A stretch of DNA of 64,000 bases from a virus: IMG/VR virus record IMGVR_UViG_3300025701_000006, positions 14,328 to 78,327 of that record; one strand, 5' to 3'. A program made the position numbers and the translations under genes. Numbering within the stretch: position 1 is the first letter of the stretch; every line of letters begins with the position of its first letter. Below the pieces are notes generated by a model, which had not been told where the DNA came from, did not search any database, and worked only from the letters and a program-made list of their open reading frames with translations. Below, piece by piece: positions 30,959-39,300 of this stretch.

Positions 30959-31651
30959 TTAAGCTCCAAATATTATAGTTCTAGCAGCTGTATTAGTGTC
31001 AGCAGAACGGTCATAAGTAGTACCGCCACCTGCTTGAGTATACGCTCTCATCAAATCTTCTGTTATACTTATAGAAGAAGTACCATCAAACTTAAGCATT
31101 CTTCCTTCCGTACGTATAAAAAACAACTGACCATTTTGTGTAGATGTTGTGCGATTAGGGACTTGAAACAAAGAAGCATAAATATTTTTTCCTGTTTCTG
31201 AGTAAGTAGCCCCATTACCTTCCAGTATAGCCCTTACTTTAGTAGTAAAATAGTCACCAGTAAACAGTAAAATACCTTCTTGTGAGTATATCTCAAAACC
31301 ATATCCAGTACCTGCAGGTGTTTTATCTGAAGACTGCTCGAAAATTAAATATTCAAATTCGATGTTTCCAGGCATAGAATATATAAGAAATCCATCACCA
31401 TTATTTATAGGAGTGCCGTACACATTAACATCTCCTGTATAATCTTTAGGTTTTACAAAAACTAGAATCTCACCGCCAGCACCTATACCGCTAACACTAG
31501 CGCTGCCAAAAGTAACTATATTAGTAGTATTAGTACTAGTTCCTGTAGTAACTGTTCCAGAAGATCTTAATAAGTAAGTAATTCTACTTGCATCATCTGA
31601 GTTAAGTATTAAATCGCCAGCAGCGTTAAAAGTTTTTATTCCGAAGCTCAT
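30959..31651 (-). CDS. Tail tip accessory protein
   Basis: Two [FY]G[IF].[TI][FY]...G.L repeats, also present at the C-terminus of the 1203-aa neighbour. Confidence 0.6.
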   Translation of the reverse strand: MSFGIKTFNAAGDLILNSDDASRITYLLRSSGTVTTGTSTNTTNIVTFGSASVSGIGAGGEILVFVKPKDYTGDVNVYGTPINNGDGFLIYSMPGNIEFEYLIFEQSSDKTPAGTGYGFEIYSQEGILLFTGDYFTTKVRAILEGNGATYSETGKNIYASLFQVPNRTTSTQNGQLFFIRTEGRMLKFDGTSSISITEDLMRAYTQAGGGTTYDRSADTNTAARTIIFGA

Positions 31652-31652
31652 G

Positions 31653-34600
31653 CTATATTCCTAGTACTAATACTTTATAAGGGATACTCGTAGTAGAAGC
31701 ACTGCTTCTGGCTATAGTAAGGCTGGTACTTGTTAAAGTAAAGTCCAAACTAGGGAGTGCTAATGACACAGGAGGATTTAACCATATAATATTAGTAGGG
31801 TTTCCTGTTAGGGGTATAACTACTGAGTTAGTACCTGCATTTAGCGTACCATCTACCATAGTATTAAAAATTGTTAATCTATCAGTAATACTTAGGTATA
31901 CTTCACCATTTGGTCCGTACACTTCTAACCCGTAGCTACTACCAGAAGGAGGTACTACAGTATTCTCTTCTGTTGTAGTTACTACCACATCTTGGTTAGC
32001 CACTCCTCCATCACTATCTGTAACGGTAACTCTAAAAACTAGGGTGCCATTCTCGTCTGGAGCAGTAAACGACGCAGATGCTGTAGCATTATTAGTGTCA
32101 ATTCCTGTATTACTTGTAGTACTTAGGCTAACTGTAGTTCCAGACATTTGACTAATAACTGCACTTGCTATAGTACCATCAGTATCACTTAACCCTGTTG
32201 CATAAAGTGTAACAGCTTGCAGGCCTACCGTAGAGCTAGGGCTTGCTATAAAAGAGCCTATACTAGGGCCCTGGTTTACGAATTGTATTGTATAAGTTTG
32301 GGTATCTGTAGTAGTTCTTCCAAGAGAATCAGTAACTGTTACCGTCACACTAGCTGCACTATTCGTACTAACATCACCAAAGTACACAATAGGGCTTTGC
32401 GTAGTAGTAGAGCTAAGACTTAAAGCACCTGTTGTAGTCCAAGCGTAAGAGGATATACTAACATCAGGATCTGTAGCGACAGTAGCTGTAACCTGATCTG
32501 ATGTGTTTTCATTAGGAGTAGTGTCCCCTACAGACGTAATATCTACAGTAGTTGCAGTTGCGGCGCTTTCTGTAACTGCGAGAACGCTGCTGGTAACAAC
32601 ACCAGCAACATTGTCACTAGCTTGAGTTCTGTACCAGACAGTACGGCTACTACCAGAAATATGCGCTGTAGTTGCATATGTAACTGTTTTGGCGTCAGAC
32701 GTACCAGTGGCTACTGTAGAAAACCCTGTAGTAGAGCTAGTGGTACTTCTTTGTAGCGTAGTAGTGATGGTCTGTCCAGCATCATCAGGATCACTAGAAG
32801 TAGCAGTTATCTCGTAGTCATCACCAGCCGGTATTGTATTACCCTGATTGCTTGTAGGGATATTAGCTACTGGAGGCTGGTTAACAAAGCCTATAGTAAA
32901 AGCCTGAGACTTAGTAATAGTCGCACCAAGGCTGTCAGTACATGTTACAGAAACAGTGCCTGTAGTATCTGCAGTGACGTTACCAAAAGAAGCAGTAATA
33001 TCTCTAGTGGTAGTATCTGATAAGGATATTGCAGAACTGTCATCAGACCAAGCGTAACTTGTTATTGTTACGCCGTCATAGGTAGTATAATCAGCGGTTA
33101 AGTCTTGACTAGTATTTTCGTTAGGCGCTGTAGTAGTAACACCCGTCAATGTTAACGTAGACGCTCTAGGGTCTACTGTAAGGCTTACTGCACTACTTAC
33201 TGTAGTATTTACAGAACTAGTGGCCCTAGCCCAGTAATAGTTTGTGGTGTTTCTAGTCTGCGTAAATACGCTGCTTGATTGCCATCCTGTCGTAGGAGCA
33301 ACGTTAGTAGCAGTTTGTGCGTAGCTGGTAGTACCACCCGTAACACTCACATCAGACAGAGTTACTGTCACTGTTCCTGCGTTTGCGTCGTCATGTGAAG
33401 CGGTAGGGGTAGCTATATTGGCTATCTGCCTACCTACAGTAAACGTATCATTTGTAGCATCATACAGTCCATCACCACCAGAAGCGGTACTTCTAGCAGC
33501 AAATATCTCGTAAGTAGTAATAGTACCGGCACTAGGTAAGCTATCAGTAAAACTAACATCGCCATTATCTACTACTGTACCTAAATTATCAGTACCATTA
33601 TTGACACGTACAGCATAAGTATCGTTACTGCTTCCACCGGCTATTGTAGTAGATGTAGTAGTTGCAGTGTTACTTATAGTACTAGAAGTAGCTGTAACGC
33701 TTGTATCAGGTAACAAATATCCTACATATAGTGATTTACTTGCAGCTGTTCGTGATATCGTACCGTTTATATTACTGGCCCAGTAGTACTTCGTAGTACC
33801 TCTTGCTTGAGAAAAGGTAGCACCAGTTTGCCATCCAGTAGTAGGTACAATGTTAGTACTTGTCTGCGCGTAATGTAAAGTTCCATTAGACCCGCCAGAA
33901 GATGCTACTGTTACTGTTACACTGTCCTCAGCAACATCGTCAGAAACTGCAGTAGGACTGTTAGGTGCAGTTACTATTTGTGTAGTCGTGTTTGCTGCTG
34001 CAGATGAGCCATTATCGTTTTCGCTTACATCTAGAGAAAACTCTACGGAAGAAGAGCTAGGGGCAGTGATACTTCCCGATACGCTTCCGCCTATAGTGTT
34101 AAAATTGCCCTGGCTTACTATTGCGTTAGTGTCGAGGCGTTTAATAACCCAAGATGCAACCTCTTGATCTTGTCCTGCCCAAGATACCGACCCACTTATG
34201 GATATAGTATCTCCATTACCTACTAAGGATGTAGATGTAAAAGACGTAATACTTATAGAATTAAGAGGGCGAGCTCTTTGAGTAGATGTACCTACTGTAA
34301 ATACTCGTGCATACCCGTTTCTAGTAACAGTACGGAGCACACTAGCAGTTCTTACGCTAGAAGTGGTGTTATTGCTCCAAGTAACAGCACCTGTACTACT
34401 GTTTATAGTAGCTCCGGTACCAGAAATAGACCATGTACCTTCTGTTCCTGTAAATACTGGAGACCCAGTAGGAGATGTAGTGCCTCCAGTATAACCTTCT
34501 TGTGCATAACTATACGTACCGGAAACACCAGGACCGCCTAATCTAGACACTGTATAGTTTTCTGAGTACGTGCCTTCCGCGTTAGTAGCAGTAGCAGTTA

Positions 34601-35264
34601 CTGTAGTAGATTGTGTAGAAGTACTACTATTTGCGTAAATCCAGGTAACAGCACCAGTATTACTATTAATAGTTATGTTAGAGGCGCTTTCTGAAAAACT
34701 ATAAGCTATAGGAGCAGTACCATTTGCAACAGGAGACGTACTAATACTACTTATAGAGGAAGCCTCAGCACTAGCTACTGTCCAGACTGGGTTAGTAGTA
34801 AAATCAACAGGGGCATCAAAACCACCATTATCAGTTAGATAAACAGTATGAGAAGTCCCACTTGTCGATACAGCAGATTGCGACGCAGTATTCCAGCGGT
34901 AGCTGTGACCTCCTGTTATAGTATACTTTGTAGCGTCTACTCGTTTATAACTAGCTGTTTGATTTGATGAATTTTTAAGTTTTAGATCATACCATGAAGC
35001 AGAATCATTACTAATCTGAAAATGCAGGAAGTTGTCAGCACTGTTACTACGCTTATAGTTATACAGTCCTATTAGATTAGTATTTAATGAACTAATATAG
35101 TCTTGAGAAGTACTTCCGTCTATTGTACCAATATTACTACCAGGGTTAGTAGTAGAAGAAACAAATCCTGTTAAATCTATAACATATTGAAGACCTCCAT
35201 AACTATCGTATATGGATGTACTACTAAACCCTGTTACTAACGCACTTTCATATATAGTTGCCAT
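31653..35264 (-). CDS. Ser/Thr-rich tail adhesin with tandem Ig/PKD-like domains
   Basis: Repeats such as ITSYAWS/ISSYAWT, VNQPP/VNQGP, TDSLG.T.T, YAQT.TN..PTTGWQ. Confidence 0.75.
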   Translation of the reverse strand: MATIYESALVTGFSSTSIYDSYGGLQYVIDLTGFVSSTTNPGSNIGTIDGSTSQDYISSLNTNLIGLYNYKRSNSADNFLHFQISNDSASWYDLKLKNSSNQTASYKRVDATKYTITGGHSYRWNTASQSAVSTSGTSHTVYLTDNGGFDAPVDFTTNPVWTVASAEASSISSISTSPVANGTAPIAYSFSESASNITINSNTGAVTWIYANSSTSTQSTTVTATATNAEGTYSENYTVSRLGGPGVSGTYSYAQEGYTGGTTSPTGSPVFTGTEGTWSISGTGATINSSTGAVTWSNNTTSSVRTASVLRTVTRNGYARVFTVGTSTQRARPLNSISITSFTSTSLVGNGDTISISGSVSWAGQDQEVASWVIKRLDTNAIVSQGNFNTIGGSVSGSITAPSSSSVEFSLDVSENDNGSSAAANTTTQIVTAPNSPTAVSDDVAEDSVTVTVASSGGSNGTLHYAQTSTNIVPTTGWQTGATFSQARGTTKYYWASNINGTISRTAASKSLYVGYLLPDTSVTATSSTISNTATTTSTTIAGGSSNDTYAVRVNNGTDNLGTVVDNGDVSFTDSLPSAGTITTYEIFAARSTASGGDGLYDATNDTFTVGRQIANIATPTASHDDANAGTVTVTLSDVSVTGGTTSYAQTATNVAPTTGWQSSSVFTQTRNTTNYYWARATSSVNTTVSSAVSLTVDPRASTLTLTGVTTTAPNENTSQDLTADYTTYDGVTITSYAWSDDSSAISLSDTTTRDITASFGNVTADTTGTVSVTCTDSLGATITKSQAFTIGFVNQPPVANIPTSNQGNTIPAGDDYEITATSSDPDDAGQTITTTLQRSTTSSTTGFSTVATGTSDAKTVTYATTAHISGSSRTVWYRTQASDNVAGVVTSSVLAVTESAATATTVDITSVGDTTPNENTSDQVTATVATDPDVSISSYAWTTTGALSLSSTTTQSPIVYFGDVSTNSAASVTVTVTDSLGRTTTDTQTYTIQFVNQGPSIGSFIASPSSTVGLQAVTLYATGLSDTDGTIASAVISQMSGTTVSLSTTSNTGIDTNNATASASFTAPDENGTLVFRVTVTDSDGGVANQDVVVTTTEENTVVPPSGSSYGLEVYGPNGEVYLSITDRLTIFNTMVDGTLNAGTNSVVIPLTGNPTNIIWLNPPVSLALPSLDFTLTSTSLTIARSSASTTSIPYKVLVLGI

Positions 35265-35615
35265 TTACCAAGGAACCCCAATCCCTCTAGTTCTGATAGG
35301 ATCTTTTTCTAAGCACATAAGGTAAGCTTCATGCTGTAATTTATCTACAAGTGTCATTCCAGTTGTATTATCTCTAGGCTCTATATCTAATAAAGTTTGT
35401 TTTGTCCATCCTATTACATCTTCTTCCGTAAGAGCATCAAAAGGTATAAATTCTTCTATATTATCTACTTCTAGTTGTACATTTCCCCAAGTGTAGCCTT
35501 TGTAGCCTTCTTCATCTACACATTCAACCCAAAAGTGTACATTTCTTATCACTTTTGAATTACTATTGAGTTCTTCAATCCATTCTATATTTAGTACTTT
35601 CCAACTAAAATTCAT
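35265..35615 (-). CDS. Tail-fibre-associated small protein
   Basis: FIPFDALTEEDVIGW..., ends GVPW; typical neighbour of fibre genes. Confidence 0.6.
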   Translation of the reverse strand: MNFSWKVLNIEWIEELNSNSKVIRNVHFWVECVDEEGYKGYTWGNVQLEVDNIEEFIPFDALTEEDVIGWTKQTLLDIEPRDNTTGMTLVDKLQHEAYLMCLEKDPIRTRGIGVPW

Positions 35616-36367
35616 TTTTCTACCTTAATTACTTCTTCTGTAAAATTTAAATAGATGTTATCTAAGGCGTCAAACTTTTTTATATCTGCTTGGCCTTCAG
35701 TATTTATCTCTTTCCAAGGCTTATCTAGCCAAGTACTTTCTGTGCAGTCTATATTTCTGCTATTGTTTACTGCTGAGCTATAAACTTCGTACACTTTGTA
35801 GCCCTTAGAAAGCGCTCGTTTAGGAAAATTTACGTCTTCTCCGTAAACTAATCCTCTTGAAGGATGGGTAATAAAGTTTGTATTAAAAAACAATTCCTCA
35901 TTATACCGTTTTCTAAAGTTTTTTACTATAAAGCATCCAGTAATTATATGATTTGTAGTTTTAACTCTATGGTAAGTACTTAGATGATAAGGAGCGTAGC
36001 AAAGATTTCCATGTGTTACAGTTAATACATCCCCTATGTCTTTTTTTCTAAGTGTATCTATTAAATCGTCACCTTTTGCTATCCATGTATCATCATCAAG
36101 TATTAAGCAGTAGTCATCATCCGTACTATAAAAATGGTTAAGTGCGATATTACGAGCATGCGCAGGAGGCATTCTAAAATCAGAACGTATCCATTTAACC
36201 TCAGAAAATTTTTTATAGGCCTCTTCAGGCCACTCCATTGCTATAATGCAAGGAACTAGGTCCTTACTTTTGCACCATTCTATGGATTGTTTAATAAGGT
36301 CTAGTCTCTGCTCTATAGTTTTTGAGTTACCTAACCAAGATATTATGTACGCAGTATTAAGTATCAG
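35612..36367 (-). CDS. GT-A fold (GT2-like) glycosyltransferase, probable CTG/ATA start
   Basis: ARNIAL, YCLILDDD (DxD), YGED. Frame is open 129 nt upstream of the first ATG (ILNTAYIISWLG...). Confidence 0.75.
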   Translation of the reverse strand: MILNTAYIISWLGNSKTIEQRLDLIKQSIEWCKSKDLVPCIIAMEWPEEAYKKFSEVKWIRSDFRMPPAHARNIALNHFYSTDDDYCLILDDDTWIAKGDDLIDTLRKKDIGDVLTVTHGNLCYAPYHLSTYHRVKTTNHIITGCFIVKNFRKRYNEELFFNTNFITHPSRGLVYGEDVNFPKRALSKGYKVYEVYSSAVNNSRNIDCTESTWLDKPWKEINTEGQADIKKFDALDNIYLNFTEEVIKVEK

Positions 36368-39300
36368 GAGATAAATCCCCTAGTCTTACTCTAATCTGCC
36401 CATTGTTGTACACAGATACTCCCTTAGTATCCATAATAGTTCCCGTATAGTCATTAGCTACAACAGGACGAGTACCAGACAGTGATGTACTTCTAAAACT
36501 ACCTGATCCTATCGCTTCTGCAGCTAGTGTGCCGTTTATGACTTGATTACCATTAACCGTAAAAGTACTAGTTGCTGCCCAGACTGTTCCAGAGTACTCG
36601 TATATGTGAGTCCATCCAGCAGCAGTGTCGGTGTTATTAAGTATAAGGGTATCGCCAGTTATTTCACCAGCATAGGCAGCAGGGGCAGCAGTATCCCAGT
36701 AACCAGCAATTTTAGCTATAGTGCCTGCGTCTCCAGGCTCTGCATCACCTAAATCGCTAGCATTATGTGTAAGAGTAGCCGTACCTCTAGGACCTGTAAC
36801 ACTAGTTCCTTTATCACCTGTAAGTTTTACAGGGGTATTCCAAACAGTGTCACTACTAGTCCAATTACCTGTGCTGTCTATCTGTTTAATAGTTAAAGAG
36901 CTTCTCCATGTAAACTCTCCAGATGCTAAAGTTTGAGGGCTTACATACCATCCATCAGTACTTACTGCATTACCGCTAGTTGAAAAAGACCCGCTTACTC
37001 CAGGTACTGTAGGGGTACTTGTTGCATTTTTATATAAAAATATTTCTTTATATGAAGTAGCACTATTGCCATCGATACCGGTTATAGCAACAGGCCCATT
37101 CCAGTTGTCATCTATAGCAGACCAGTTGCCGTCATTATCGACTTGACGCATTGTTATGTTTATTCTGTATATTTTTTGTGTAGCGGTAGTAGGTGCTATA
37201 GAACTTACTGTCCAATCACCAAACGCTATTGCATTACCTGAAGAAGCAGTAAATCCTTGTAACTTAGTAGGAAATACTGTGGGTACAGCAGCTGCAGTCT
37301 GATATAAGAATATTTCTTTATAATTATCTGCAGCAGTACCTGTACTACCTTTTTCAAAAAATTTAGCTGGAGTGCTCCAATCACTTCCTGTCCAAGTAGT
37401 ACTTGCTGACCCATTAGACAGTGTTTGTGTATAAACTCTTTTTGATACCCAAGTAATACTATCCGATGCTACTACAGGATCATCTGACCATGTTCTAGTA
37501 ACCTCACTAACGACTGTAGTAGGCATAGTCTCAGAAGTACCGTTGTAAGAACCGCCCGTAGGGACTCCAGGAGCTGCAGTATGCGTAAGGAATACGTAAC
37601 TTACATAACTACCAACGCCATCGTTGTAGTCTGTACCTTTTACAGGAGTAGTACCATTTTCACCTCTAGCTCTAGACCACGCGTAGTCTTCTTTGTTTGT
37701 AGGAGCAGTATTACTAGTGCCTACGTATATACCTACATAAACCTTATCGCCTGGAACATCATTAAAGCCAGTACCATCTGCGACATCGCTATAACGTATA
37801 TGAAAATGCTGTTCAGAAGCCTCTAGACTAGCTAAAAACTCTGCTTCAGTTCCTGTATTGTCTGCAGCTACCCACAATTCGTACGCACTGCTTCCATTAG
37901 TCCCGTCTATACGCTGGGCATATACAGATGGAGTAGACCATTTATCCTCTAGTGAAACAGATGTTTCTGTGATGTTGCCTGAAGCTAGGGCTGTAATTCT
38001 GTATACTTTCTTGTTGTCAGGTACATCGCTAGGAAAGCTAGTACTCCATGAAGTATGATTTTCTGTTATAGTGTTAGTAGAAAAGTTATATGTAACTTCC
38101 GTAGTAGGTACAGCAGGTGCAGAGTCGACAGCAGCAGAATAAAGAACTACTTCTCTAACTATATCTGCTTCTATTACTCTTTTATCGGAATACTCTACAG
38201 TACTTCCGTTATTAGTAGTTTTCTTTTTGATAGACCAAAGCTTGCCGCCACCTTCAGGCACTACAACGCTATTTACATCGGTGTACCAATTACCATCAGC
38301 GCCGCCAGGATCTTGAGGAACATCATCTTTTCTGATGAATAAAAAGTCAGTAAAGTCGCCTGTGATGCCTTGAATACCTTTAGCACCTACAAACGCTACT
38401 TTTACTTCGTTAATACTTCCACCATCTCCTGTGGAAGACCACAACGCTATAGTGTTAGTACCAGTAACTAGGTTGTCTGCACCAAACTCATACCATCTGA
38501 CTTGATTGTTATTTCCTGATAATGAGCCTAGGACTTCTCCGTTTAGAGCTACTTGAAGACCGCCTTCTGCATCAGTAGCATTAACTCTAAGGAAAGCGTT
38601 CCCTGCAAAAGCAGAGTCAAAAGTAAAAGTATGTGCACCGCCTATACCAGTAGACGTAGGCCATGACACGCTTCCTGCCCATTCAAATAATAAGGCACTT
38701 AAACCATCTTTAGCAGTAATCTGTACAGGTTCCGCCCATGAATACGTACCAGTACCGTTGGTTTGCTTGCCTAAGGATTGCCAAAGAGTATTATTAATGG
38801 TTGAAGGTATATCATCAACCCACCCTGTGTGAGCATCGTCAGTAGGAGCACTAGGTTTAGTTAGATTATCTTTATACACATATTTATAAACATCTGCATC
38901 AATACCGTCTTGTCTAAATGCGTATACAGCAGGCTCAGACCAACTAATATCAACACTGGTTTGTGTATTATTACCTGTGACTAAAGCAGTGCTTACATAT
39001 ATTTTGTGGTTATTAGTAGTAATACCAGGAACAAACTTGTTCCAGTCATCACTGTCAATGGTTAAAGTATCAGTACTAAGGTTGTATGTACTAGTTGTTG
39101 GAGCCGTTACTGCACCAGTAGTAGGATCACTGTATATAGTTAGCTCTCTAATCATAGGAGCTTCAATGATACGTTTATCAGTATACGTAGCTATTACTTC
39201 TCCAGCGTTTGTGACTTTTTTAATAGACCACAAGTCACCTTCACCAGTAGCATCAACAGCGTTTGTTTCCCAATCTTCATTTGCAGGAGGATCGGTAGGA

